DNA from: a bacterium
Lineage (GTDB): Bacteria > UBP7 > UBA6624 > JBBIMK01
NCBI GenBank assembly: GCA_037444445.1
Contig: JBBIMK010000010.1
Coordinates: forward strand, 30,911 to 62,910
Reading direction: 5' to 3'
DNA: 32,000 nucleotides
Part shown: in pieces, positions 1 through 9,163 of the stretch
How the letters are laid out: every line of letters begins with the position of its first letter
Position numbering within the stretch: the stretch's first letter is position 1
Made by a program: the position numbers and the translations under genes
Notes under the pieces: generated by a model
What the model saw: the letters and a program-made list of their open reading frames with translations, nothing else
Databases searched by the model: none
Told to the model about the DNA's origin: nothing

Positions 1-2
1 GG

Positions 3-854
3 AACCTTCTGTTTTACTTCCGCATGGTTGGCGATGTAACCGAGAGGATACTGGTTTTTCCAGACGGCACCAGAGATGAGAGTTTTGACTTTGCGGATGC
101 CGGACCACAATTTAGCGTTTTTCCTATTCCATTCATTACTTACAATGAACCCTTTATTGACCTGGATTCCACCCTTCCTACTTCTTCCGTCGTGTACGAC
201 GCTGTGAATAGCCGTATTTATTTTGGTGGTCGCAGTAATTACAACCCTATTCAGGATAGCACCGAGCTCATACCTCAAATTTTCGCTTATGAATCCACAA
301 CAACGGCCCCCACGCCCCCTGCGACGAAGCGAATCTGGGCGGCGCCGGTGTCCAACAGTGAGGGGTTCTTCCGTGGACCTCCCGCCTATTCCCCGCGGTA
401 CAATCTGGTTTTTGGAGCCACCGATGATGGCTACTTAGCGGTGGTGAACGCTACCACCGGTTCAATGCCTATCCCTCCACAGCAGATTTCCGGGGGTGTG
501 CTGGGAGATGTGGCAGTGTATGAAAATCCGGATGGTAGCGGGGGGATCCTCTTCTTCGGTACCGAGAGCGGGGCATTACAGGCCTATAATTTTAACTCCG
601 ATGGCTCTAATCTTACTCCGCGATGGAGCTTCCTGACGACGGATCCCATCTGGAGTTCACCAGCGGTGGACCCGGAGAATCTGGTCGTTTACCTGGGAGG
701 AAATGACAGCAATTTTTATGCTCTGGACCTCCTGACCGGGAATGAACTCTGGCGATTCCGGGGCACGGCTCGCTTTATTTCCTCCCCCATTATCGCCGGA
801 GGAAAAGTATTCATCGTGGATGAAGCGGGCACGGTTTACGCCTTTACCCGCTGA
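3..854 (+). CDS. PQQ-like (BamB-type) beta-propeller repeat protein, C-terminal part; 5' end probably off-window
   Basis: The frame is open from nt 3 (NLLFYFR precedes the listed Met at 24), so the gene probably starts upstream of the window. It shows repeated blade signatures typical of PQQ-like propellers: 'GYLAVVNATTG', 'GALQAYNF', 'NFYALDLLTGNELWRF', 'GKVFIVDEAGTVYAF'. Confidence 0.6.
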   Translation, partial: NLLFYFRMVGDVTERILVFPDGTRDESFDFADAGPQFSVFPIPFITYNEPFIDLDSTLPTSSVVYDAVNSRIYFGGRSNYNPIQDSTELIPQIFAYESTTTAPTPPATKRIWAAPVSNSEGFFRGPPAYSPRYNLVFGATDDGYLAVVNATTGSMPIPPQQISGGVLGDVAVYENPDGSGGILFFGTESGALQAYNFNSDGSNLTPRWSFLTTDPIWSSPAVDPENLVVYLGGNDSNFYALDLLTGNELWRFRGTARFISSPIIAGGKVFIVDEAGTVYAFTR

Positions 855-871
855 AGATTATTCAAGCGTGC

Positions 872-2170
872 ATGAATTCTCCTACTTTCGGGTGTAGAAG
901 AGCGATTTCTTTTTGGGTTGTCCTGGGTTTGACGGTCGTGAGCGTGGGTGCGGCGGCTCCTCGCACCCGCACACTGGAAGTAGGTGCCCCTTTTCCGCCT
1001 TTTAATGCGGTGGATTACACCTGGCAATACTACTCCCTGAAAAATGATTTCCTGGGTTCTCCTTTCTTGATTTATGTGTTTGACCCCTTATCTTCCCAGC
1101 GTATCTCGCTGATAGAACGGCAGGTTCGGTACCTGAATCAGGTCGCACAAGAGAACACAAAAATACTGGGGGTAGCCTGGGGAACCACCTGGGGGGCTGT
1201 GCGGGATTTTGCCCGGCGAAATCAACTGGCATTCCCGGTTGTTTTCGGTGAAACCGATATCTCTTTGAAAAATGTCATAGCGGATGTATCCCATTCCCTG
1301 CCCGTTCTCCTCGTCCTGGACTCCTCCGCCACTTTTCTCATTTCTACCTCGGATGTCTATCTATCTGTTCAGCTTCTCCGGGAAATCCGGGAGAATCAAT
1401 GGGAAGCGTCCGCTCTATCCCGGCTTTATGATGCCCATCAGGCCCTTTTCATAGATTCTCAATTCCAGAAGGCTTTAGAACTTGTTCGGGTGCTCAGGAA
1501 GACCCGGCCTCGTTCTACAACGGTGCAATATCTTTATGCTGTGGCCCTCCAGCGCACGGGAAACACGCTGGAGGCCCTCAGAAATATCCTTTCCATCTAT
1601 GACCCTGAGAATGAACTTCTTCAGGACTACATCTCCAGTAAACTTCTCTTCACTTTTGATTCAGAAAATCTACCCGAAATAGACAAACTCAAAAATCACT
1701 TGCTCATCCTGAAGGAACGGCCGCCCTCCTTCCAGGATGACCCCTGGCTCCTGGAGCAGATGGCCATGCTGGCCCTTTATTCTTTACAGTTAGCCGACGC
1801 CAAGCAGTGGATTGAGCAGGCTTACCGTCAGAAGGTTTCCACTCCTGGTGTTCGTGCTCGTCGGGCTATCATTTACCTCGTCAGCGGTGATGAGAAAACG
1901 GGTATTCAGGAAATAGAGGCTATTGAATCTAAATACCCGGATGACCCTCGTTCTGTTCGCGCCCTCGTAGCACGCACATTCCGGGACCTCTATCTGGTTT
2001 ATCGTATAATGGAGCGAGAGAAGAGAAGTTCCCCTTCCGGTTTTCTGTATGAAGTGGTCAGATACGGTTTCATAACCCGTAACCGCCGCTTAATCAATCC
2101 AGTCATTGAAGAACTGATGAGCCGTAAAGATGAATATGCCCAGCGGCTCAAAAAAGAATTGAAGAGATAA
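872..2170 (+). CDS. Secreted redoxin-fold (AhpC/TSA-TlpA-like, Cys-less) protein with a TPR-like helical C-terminal half
   Basis: There is an N-terminal hydrophobic signal-like segment 'AISFWVVLGLTVVSVGAAAP'. Residues ~40-170 read like a redoxin fold ('VGAPFPPFNAVD', 'GSPFLIYVFDPLSSQRISLIE', 'ILGVAW', 'FARRNQLAFPVVFGE', 'LPVLLVLD'). The C-terminal ~250 aa are helical-repeat-like ('YLYAVALQRTGNTLEALRNI', 'AMLALYSLQLADAKQWIEQAY'). The fold assignment was made by eye only. Confidence 0.5.
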   Translation: MNSPTFGCRRAISFWVVLGLTVVSVGAAAPRTRTLEVGAPFPPFNAVDYTWQYYSLKNDFLGSPFLIYVFDPLSSQRISLIERQVRYLNQVAQENTKILGVAWGTTWGAVRDFARRNQLAFPVVFGETDISLKNVIADVSHSLPVLLVLDSSATFLISTSDVYLSVQLLREIRENQWEASALSRLYDAHQALFIDSQFQKALELVRVLRKTRPRSTTVQYLYAVALQRTGNTLEALRNILSIYDPENELLQDYISSKLLFTFDSENLPEIDKLKNHLLILKERPPSFQDDPWLLEQMAMLALYSLQLADAKQWIEQAYRQKVSTPGVRARRAIIYLVSGDEKTGIQEIEAIESKYPDDPRSVRALVARTFRDLYLVYRIMEREKRSSPSGFLYEVVRYGFITRNRRLINPVIEELMSRKDEYAQRLKKELKR

Positions 2171-2228
2171 AAATTTTTCACTGCGGTCAGCAAAGCATTC
2201 TTTTTCTGAGCCAAAAAAATTTTAGAAG

Positions 2229-5200
2229 TTAGACGGAATTTTCTCCGGGTTCCTCTATTGAAGAAAGAATCTTCTCATGCAGTGTTTTTAGGCGTTGGAG
2301 AAGTTCCGCAACAAGAGAATGCGGATGAGCCCGGTTCTTCAAGAGAGTTCGGAGTTCAAAAGATTCTCCCTCTGGTTTCACTTTCCATCTTTCCTCAATA
2401 GCCCGGGGGAGCCAATCTTTCCGGGAGGTAATGAAGACCACTTCACCAGTGGAAGGGTTCACTCGTATCATCTGAATGTCCAGGGCCTCTGCCAGGACCT
2501 TGATTAGCGCCACATCCAGAAGGGCTCTTACCGGCAGAGGGATTTCTCCCCGGGTGGCTAAAAGCTGGAGTTCCAATCGTTTTAACTCTTCTGGATTTTC
2601 CGCCTGCATCATCCACTCATAGTAATGGAGGCGTTCCCGGACATCGGGGATGAAATCTTCTGGAATATAGGATGCCACGGGAATAGAGAGGAGAGGCGGG
2701 GATTTTTCCTTGACGGGTTTTTTCATCAGACAGGAGAGAGAGCCAGCCAGGATTCGTGTGTAGAGGAAGAAACCCACCTGAGCGGCATAACCATGCTGGC
2801 GTTTCCCCAGGAGGGTTCCTGCACCTCGCACTTCCAGGTCACGGAGAGCCACTTTCAGCCCACTTCCGAGGTCGGTCCAGGTTCCGACAGTGGTGAGCCG
2901 TTCCCGGGCTTTAATTCCCGGAGGGCGGGTGGGGGAATAGAAGAAAAGGGCGTAGGCTTGCTTATCGCCTCTGCCTACTCTGCCCCGGAGTTGATGTAAA
3001 TCAGCCAGCCCGAACCGTTCCGATTCTTCCACAATCAAAGTATCTGCACCCGGCATATCAATACCATTTTCAATGATAGTGGTGCACACGAGGATCTGGG
3101 TATTTTTTCGGAGGAAATCCAGGAGAACTTTTTCCAGGCGTTTGGCGGGCATCTTTCCGTGCCCCATTCCCACCCGAGCGTCGGGGAACATTTCCTGAAT
3201 TTCAGCGGTGCGGTGCTGGATTTTCTCCACCCGGTTATACAGGTAAAACACCTGCCCTCCTCGGTCCAGTTCCCGATGCACAGCCTTCTTCACTCTCTCT
3301 TCCGAGTAAGGGCTTACTGTGGTGATGACAGGCATCCGCCCCAGCGGTGGCGTTCGCAAATAACTGATGCCTTTCATCTGAATTAAAGAAAGGTAAAGAG
3401 TGCGGGGGATGGGGGTAGCCGTTAAACTCAGGATGTCTACCTTTTGATGCAGAAATTTGTAGCGTTCTTTTTGCTCTACCCCGAACCTCTGTTCCTCATC
3501 AATAATCAGCAGGCCCAGATTTTTAAATCGCACATCTGGCTGAAGTAATCGGTGGGTGCCAATCACGATGTCTGTTTTTCCTTCCTGTACCCGGTGCAAG
3601 ATATGACGAATTTCCTCAGGAGTCTTAAACCGACTCAGGAGGGCAATCTCCAGGGGAAAATCCTTTAATCGGCGTTCAAAAGTGAGAAAATGTTGATACG
3701 CCAGGATGGTGGTGGGAGCCAGCACGGCAACCTGCTTACCATTGAGCACAGCATGAAAGGCGGCTCGGATGGCGACCTCCGTCTTGCCGAATCCTACATC
3801 CCCGCACAGGAGGCGGTCCATCACTCGCACCCCTTCCAAATCCCTGCGGATTTCCAGCAGTGCGGCAATCTGGTCTGGAGTCTCTGGATATTCAAAACTC
3901 TGTTCCAACTGCTCCTCCCACTCCGGGACGGGGTGATAAGGGAGACGTTCCACCGTCATCCTGTGTAAATACAGGTCATACAATTCCCGGGCATAGCGGG
4001 CCGTGGCGCGCTTTACCGTGGCTTTTTGCTGTGCCCATCGGCGGCTTCCCAGACGAGCCAGGATGGGTTCCTCGCCACTGACCCCGATATATGGATGCAC
4101 CTGCCCAATCTGCTCCACTGGAACGAACAATTTGTCTCCGTCCTGATACTCCAGGCAGAGATAATCCTTCTCTTCGGCTCCCATTTTTTTTCGCACCAGG
4201 CCCCGGTAAAGGCCGATGCCATGAGATTCGTGAACCACAGGACTTCCTTCCTTCAATTGCGTAAGAAGTGTCAAACCTTCCAGGGCTGGGAGGGAATATC
4301 CCCTGTGCTTTTGTATTTCCCTGCCAGAGAGGACAAGAAGAGAGGAGAGGGAGCAATAAAATCCGGAAGAGATTTCCCCGGGGTAATGCTGAATCCCTGC
4401 TTCCATCCATTCTTTTGGGGGTGAGAGTGGAGAGGAGGTGTAGACGATACACTGGATGGATTTCTGAGTGAGTTTACGGGTGAACTCGTGAAAAATGCCT
4501 TCTTGCGATAGAGAGAGGGTTATTTCCCGGACCCCCAGAGCCAGGTCGGAATCTTCCTCCAGGAATGTGGAGAAGGAAAGGCTTCCACGGTTAGTAAAGA
4601 AAACCCGGAGGTGCTCAGGGTTCATCCAGGTTTTTCCCTGTCCCATCTCCTCGCGAATTCGTTGATATTGTTGAAGGGTCCACTCTTCTTCAAAAATTCC
4701 CACCCGGATAGAGGGATTCAGCCAGTCTGGGATCCAGCATGGGGCTTCCACGCTTCCCTGTCGTAAATCAGGCAAGAAAATCTCTTTCAGTCGCCTTTTG
4801 CCCCTTGTCTCCTCCAGAATTTCTTCCACCTCATTTCCGATGAAGGAGAGGCGATAGCGCTCTCCAGTGAGTAAGTGAAGGAGCAGGGTGTCGCCCATCA
4901 CTTTGAATTCGCCTCTGTCTAAAGGCTCTTCGCCCGGGCCATATTGCATCTGCTGGAGAGAAAGCAAGAAATCTTCCCAGGATGGGATGGAATCCCCCAC
5001 ATGGATGTCAGTGCCATAAAGAGGGGGCTGTGGGATTCCAAGCCCGGTTCCAGTAGCCACCACGATCCCGGGCGAGGCTTTCTTTAGAGCCACCAGCGCC
5101 CGCATCCTGCCCTCCACCATCCGCAGGTGCCCCCGACGCTCCAGAAGCATCCCCCGGGCTACACCCGGGTGCATCGTCTCCAAATCTGCATAAAAGATTT

Positions 5201-5465
5201 GTGCTTCCAGGCTTCCCGGGAGTATGAAAAGAAGACTAACATTCTGTTCTTTCACCCATTGACCGAGAGATAGGGCGAGGAAAGGAAGGGTCACCTGCCC
5301 TGCGCGAATCCTCTTTTTTTGCCCGAGCAACTCCCTGAGCCTCTGTAACTCCACCAGTTCCGCAGTCTTTACCGTCGGTAAAGAATTCTGATTGGCCATT
5401 TCCATTCTTAATTTTATCGCTACGTTTTTCTTTTCCGCGAGAATGAAGCCATTGGCAAGTAGCAT
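2229..5465 (-). CDS. mfd: Transcription-repair coupling factor Mfd
   Basis: The 1078-aa product has the RNAP-interaction/CarD-like segment 'VVHESHGIGLYRGL...YLCLEYQDGDKLFVPVEQ'. It also has the helicase motifs 'GDVGFGKTEVAIRAAF', 'IIDEEQRFGV', 'LTATPIPRTL' and 'QLRGRVGRG'. The start is uncertain: neither the ATG at 5465 nor those at 5405/5399 has an obvious SD. Confidence 0.95.
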   Translation of the reverse strand: MLLANGFILAEKKNVAIKLRMEMANQNSLPTVKTAELVELQRLRELLGQKKRIRAGQVTLPFLALSLGQWVKEQNVSLLFILPGSLEAQIFYADLETMHPGVARGMLLERRGHLRMVEGRMRALVALKKASPGIVVATGTGLGIPQPPLYGTDIHVGDSIPSWEDFLLSLQQMQYGPGEEPLDRGEFKVMGDTLLLHLLTGERYRLSFIGNEVEEILEETRGKRRLKEIFLPDLRQGSVEAPCWIPDWLNPSIRVGIFEEEWTLQQYQRIREEMGQGKTWMNPEHLRVFFTNRGSLSFSTFLEEDSDLALGVREITLSLSQEGIFHEFTRKLTQKSIQCIVYTSSPLSPPKEWMEAGIQHYPGEISSGFYCSLSSLLVLSGREIQKHRGYSLPALEGLTLLTQLKEGSPVVHESHGIGLYRGLVRKKMGAEEKDYLCLEYQDGDKLFVPVEQIGQVHPYIGVSGEEPILARLGSRRWAQQKATVKRATARYARELYDLYLHRMTVERLPYHPVPEWEEQLEQSFEYPETPDQIAALLEIRRDLEGVRVMDRLLCGDVGFGKTEVAIRAAFHAVLNGKQVAVLAPTTILAYQHFLTFERRLKDFPLEIALLSRFKTPEEIRHILHRVQEGKTDIVIGTHRLLQPDVRFKNLGLLIIDEEQRFGVEQKERYKFLHQKVDILSLTATPIPRTLYLSLIQMKGISYLRTPPLGRMPVITTVSPYSEERVKKAVHRELDRGGQVFYLYNRVEKIQHRTAEIQEMFPDARVGMGHGKMPAKRLEKVLLDFLRKNTQILVCTTIIENGIDMPGADTLIVEESERFGLADLHQLRGRVGRGDKQAYALFFYSPTRPPGIKARERLTTVGTWTDLGSGLKVALRDLEVRGAGTLLGKRQHGYAAQVGFFLYTRILAGSLSCLMKKPVKEKSPPLLSIPVASYIPEDFIPDVRERLHYYEWMMQAENPEELKRLELQLLATRGEIPLPVRALLDVALIKVLAEALDIQMIRVNPSTGEVVFITSRKDWLPRAIEERWKVKPEGESFELRTLLKNRAHPHSLVAELLQRLKTLHEKILSSIEEPGENSV

Positions 5466-5662
5466 CCAACCGGAAGGGAGGCAGAAATGACTTCTGCACT
5501 GTTCACAGATTTTCCACTCTTTTTCTATTCTTTTTCAACCCTCTATCATTTAGGCTTTCTGATAGAAACAGGCAGAAGATAGAAAAATGAAAGCATTTAC
5601 CGCTTGCAGAGGGGAGTAAAAATGCAACCGAGGGGCGGCAATTCGCCGGATTTTCACCCGGG

Positions 5663-5691
5663 TTGACGAAGGAAAGAGGATATGGTAAAGT
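5663..5691 (+). promoter_or_regulatory. Candidate sigma70-type promoter of the PKD-repeat gene
   Basis: TTGACG (5663-5668), a 17-nt spacer, then the extended -10 TGgTAAAGT (5683-5691). It lies in the AT-rich divergent region between mfd and the PKD gene. Confidence 0.3.
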
Positions 5692-5716
5692 ATAGTTGGA
5701 TAGGGAGGTGCAAGAA

Positions 5717-8692
5717 GTGAAAAAAATACCATTTTGGGCAATGGGGGTATGCTGGCTCCTGTGGCAATCTTGCAGTGGAGGAGTGGCCCCCGGGCGGGTT
5801 GGTGGAGAGACGGGGAATCTAACGCCGGCGGCTGCCATCAACGCCACGCCGATAAAGGGTCCTGCCCCTTTGCAGGTGACCTTCTTCAGTGATGGCTCCG
5901 CCGACCCGGATGGCTCCATCGTCCTGTATGAATGGGACTTCAACTACACCGGTTTCCCGTCGCAATTTCATACGATGAAAACAGGTCCCATCACCTCTTA
6001 CACCTACACGGTGCCGGGAAACTACAATGCGGCTCTCCGGGTCACGGATAACCAGGGGGGCACCGGAATAGATTGGCTGACCATCACTGTCAGCGCCAGC
6101 ACCAATGTGCTTCCATCGGCAGATGCGAAGGCTGGGACGGTTTCCCCACTCGGTCCTTTCTCAGATGGACCCCTTGGTGCCACGCTTAATCAGGCGGTGT
6201 ATTTTCGTGGAGAGGGGATTGACCCGGATGGGGGAACAGTTACCTTCTTCTGGAGATTTGATGACCCAGCCCAGTCGCCCAACGATTTTTCCAATTTCCA
6301 GAACCCTATCTATGCCTATCAATCCACGGGGACGCATAAAGTGGTTCTCAGGGTAACGGATGATGAAGGGACTACGGCGACGGATGAAATTTTTATCACC
6401 GTCACTCCCCCGGGTGCGAACCAACCGCCTCAAGTGGAGGCTCAGGTTTCTTTAGATGGTTCCGTCTGGACTGATGAGGCGGTCACAGCGCCGGTGGGCT
6501 CTCTGATTTTCTTTCAGGCATTGCCTGTGTTACCCGGGGGAGTTTTTGACCCGGAGGACGGAAACAATGTCCGCTTTCGGTGGGTTTTTGGAGATGGGGA
6601 TGAATCCTCTGCCCAGAATCCCATGCATTCTTACACCACCGCAGGAGCCTACACCGTAACCCTTGCCGTGACAGATACCTCCAATAGTGCAGGATACGAT
6701 ACTCTCAGTGTAAACATCTATGACATTTCAACGCCAATAGCGGATGCAAAAGGCTCTACCGATGGCATTCGTTATGAGGATGGTAGCATATCCGCACCCA
6801 TCTTTGGTCCGGCTCCTCTCACCGTGTTTTTCCGGGGAATCGGAACAGACCCCAGAGGGCTTCCTTTAACCTACACCTGGTCCTTCGGAGATGGAAGCAC
6901 ATCTACCCTTCAGAATCCTACTCACACTTACCCATTAGCCGGGGCGTATAATGCCACCCTGATTGTGACGAATACGGACGGACGCAGTAGTGCACCGGAT
7001 CGGGTGCGGATTCTGGCTGACAGCCCGCCCATAGCCATCATCCGCGTAGACAAGGCTTCCGGCGATGAACCCCTGACCGTTAACTTTGATGGGACTGGAA
7101 GTTATGACCCCGATGGGTCTATCGCCCTTTATGAGTGGGATTTTGACTTACAGGGTGGACAATTTACGGTGGATGCCACTGGGCCCCGGGTATCTAATAC
7201 TTATAGCATCACCACGGGTGGGAAAAGCACCTTTATCGCGGCTCTCCGGGTGACGGAAACTACTCCTCCCGGTGCTGTCCAGGGTCTGGTATCTGACATC
7301 GCCACGATTATCATCAGTGTCATGGGCAATCAGCCTCCGACCGCCGTGATCAATATGACCACCACTACGCCAGGTGCGTATGTAACCACAGAGCCGGATA
7401 CTGGCCTTCTGATGGTCGTGTGCCCCAGAGGGGTTACGAACTGCACAGTGAGATTTGACGGGAGCAATAGTTCTGACCCGGAAGATGGCAGAAATCTGCA
7501 GTTTAACTGGGACTTTGATGATGGCACCCCCCCCAGCAACCAAAACATCACCACTCATATTTACCCCGGCACTCCACTCAGGCGTTACGAGGTGACTCTA
7601 ACGGTCACCGATTTTGGAAGTCCACCAAAATCTGATACGGCTAACGCTGTGGTGAATGTGGGCAATATCACCCTGGTTCCTCCGGTCTTCACCAGTGTAA
7701 CTCCCGATGATGTATTCATCGACCTGAATGCGGGCAACACTGTCACCGTGGCTTTTGTAGCGGATGTTTCAGACCCGGATGGGGGTCCCATTACTTCTCT
7801 CCAGTGGAACTTTGGAGATGGGCAATCCCAGACACAGGACACCAGTACTGCCTCGCCGCCCTACACTATTTCTCACGAGTATGATTACTCCCCCAATATG
7901 GACGAGAATAACCCGAACTACCTGGCTTCCAATTATACGGTAACGGTCACCGCCACTGATGATGATAGCCGGAATAACACTTCAACCTTTACTTACAACC
8001 TGGTCATTTCTCCCATTGTGCCGATACTTACCTCTGCCCCTGTCAAAGCAGTCGTGAACGGCGCCTACGATTTCACCATTTTTGAAGAGACGGGCTCCAC
8101 CTGGCATCTCCTGGATTCCTCTCGCGATGGGAAGGTGATTGTTCTGGAATTCTGTCGCTTAACTCGGACCGGTGATATTGAGAACGAGTTCCCCCCTCAG
8201 GTCTGTCAAAATGATGATTCCATTATGACACGCATCTGGGACAATCGGGACGGCATTTATGGGTCCCTGGCTCAAGACCTCGCCATGGCTTATGTAGCGC
8301 TGGAGGTGGATTTAACCCCTGGACAGGTTCAAAACTGGCATCAGAACAACTCTCAATTTATCCACTACACCCTTTTGAAGGATAGAGACTTACAGCCGAC
8401 TAATGATATTGCAGATGCCTGGGATACTTACACGGAGCCTCCTGTGGGTGGCAATCTGGATGGCTCTCCCGCCAAGAGCTATTCCGACTGTGATACTTCC
8501 AGTTTTTCCGCACCTCCGGATTACTGCCCTCTGAATGTGATTCTGGACCGCAACCACTATGTCCGGTGGTATTACAGGCAGTATGCCAGTATTCAACCTC
8601 AGGGGCTCCTTCCAAGTTTTGATATTCCAGGCTTTGGCACTTTGACCTACGAGCAAGTCATTCTCCACTTCTTAAAGCGATATGTGCCGTAG
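5717..8692 (+). CDS. Large surface protein with seven PKD-like repeats and an uncharacterised ~230-aa C-terminal domain; lipoprotein-like signal
   Basis: I prefer the GTG at 5717, which sits 6 nt after GGGAGGTG, over the TTG at 5696 given in the ORF track. The N-terminus is 'KKIPFWAMGVCWLLWQSCSGG' (signal peptide with a possible lipobox Cys). Seven repeats carry the PKD hallmark W-x-F-(G/D)-D-G ... 'TLxVTD': 'YEWDFNYTG..LRVTDNQG', 'FFWRFDD..LRVTDDEG', 'FRWVFGDGD..LAVTD', 'YTWSFGDGS..LIVTNTDG', 'YEWDFDLQG..LRVTE', 'FNWDFDDGT..LTVTDFG', 'LQWNFGDGQ..VTATDDD'. Confidence 0.85.
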   Translation: MKKIPFWAMGVCWLLWQSCSGGVAPGRVGGETGNLTPAAAINATPIKGPAPLQVTFFSDGSADPDGSIVLYEWDFNYTGFPSQFHTMKTGPITSYTYTVPGNYNAALRVTDNQGGTGIDWLTITVSASTNVLPSADAKAGTVSPLGPFSDGPLGATLNQAVYFRGEGIDPDGGTVTFFWRFDDPAQSPNDFSNFQNPIYAYQSTGTHKVVLRVTDDEGTTATDEIFITVTPPGANQPPQVEAQVSLDGSVWTDEAVTAPVGSLIFFQALPVLPGGVFDPEDGNNVRFRWVFGDGDESSAQNPMHSYTTAGAYTVTLAVTDTSNSAGYDTLSVNIYDISTPIADAKGSTDGIRYEDGSISAPIFGPAPLTVFFRGIGTDPRGLPLTYTWSFGDGSTSTLQNPTHTYPLAGAYNATLIVTNTDGRSSAPDRVRILADSPPIAIIRVDKASGDEPLTVNFDGTGSYDPDGSIALYEWDFDLQGGQFTVDATGPRVSNTYSITTGGKSTFIAALRVTETTPPGAVQGLVSDIATIIISVMGNQPPTAVINMTTTTPGAYVTTEPDTGLLMVVCPRGVTNCTVRFDGSNSSDPEDGRNLQFNWDFDDGTPPSNQNITTHIYPGTPLRRYEVTLTVTDFGSPPKSDTANAVVNVGNITLVPPVFTSVTPDDVFIDLNAGNTVTVAFVADVSDPDGGPITSLQWNFGDGQSQTQDTSTASPPYTISHEYDYSPNMDENNPNYLASNYTVTVTATDDDSRNNTSTFTYNLVISPIVPILTSAPVKAVVNGAYDFTIFEETGSTWHLLDSSRDGKVIVLEFCRLTRTGDIENEFPPQVCQNDDSIMTRIWDNRDGIYGSLAQDLAMAYVALEVDLTPGQVQNWHQNNSQFIHYTLLKDRDLQPTNDIADAWDTYTEPPVGGNLDGSPAKSYSDCDTSSFSAPPDYCPLNVILDRNHYVRWYYRQYASIQPQGLLPSFDIPGFGTLTYEQVILHFLKRYVP

Positions 8693-8746
8693 CCAGTGGA
8701 AAGGCTGTAAAAAAACCGGATTGGAGGAGGAAATTTTTCGTAGACG

Positions 8747-8992
8747 ATGTCGGTGCGGGGTGCGCTTCAAGAAGTTCAAATCGTGAAGTTGTATGAAACC
8801 GTGGAGGAAGAAGAAGCCCGGCAGGTAGAGGAATATCTTTTTCTCCATCGCCTCCACCCCATTCTCCAATACAGCCACGAGGCTTTGTTTCAGGTGTCTC
8901 CCCGTGTTATCCTGTATATTCCGGCAGATGAACTGGATAAAGCGGAGTTCTTCCTGCATCGTTTCTTGACCCGTAAACATTTCACCACCTGA
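8747..8992 (+). CDS. Small hypothetical protein (81 aa), loosely DUF2007-like
   Basis: An in-frame TAG lies two codons upstream of the ATG. The SD-like GGAGGAGG (8723-8730) is 16 nt away, which is far. The segments 'IVKLYETVEEEEARQVEEYL' and 'VILYIPADELDKAEFFL' resemble small beta-alpha signal-transduction-like proteins. The call is weak. Confidence 0.35.
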   Translation: MSVRGALQEVQIVKLYETVEEEEARQVEEYLFLHRLHPILQYSHEALFQVSPRVILYIPADELDKAEFFLHRFLTRKHFTT

Positions 8993-9163
8993 ATCCCGAT
9001 TTTTCGTGGCGTACTTTCGCTGTTCTACTAAACAAAGAAAATAAACTGGACCCCATTAGCGATACTGTGAAACGGATTTCACATCCAGTTTATCCCCATT
9101 TATCGTCAAACCTATCGTTTTCATTTCAGGACCGTTTCGGAATAGAAGCGAGGGGTGCTGATT

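Noticed and set aside
2295-5499. There are many 60-160-aa ORFs in other frames and on the other strand inside mfd (for example 3976..4452 on the minus strand and 4026..4424 on the plus strand).
   Set aside because: The Mfd frame is supported by motifs end to end. The overlapping ORFs have the Arg/Gly/Pro/Ser-rich composition typical of out-of-frame translation.
5503-5943. A 146-aa minus-strand ORF spans the mfd/PKD intergenic region.
   Set aside because: It overlaps the promoter, SD and signal-peptide region of the PKD gene. It has no SD and its sequence is low-complexity.
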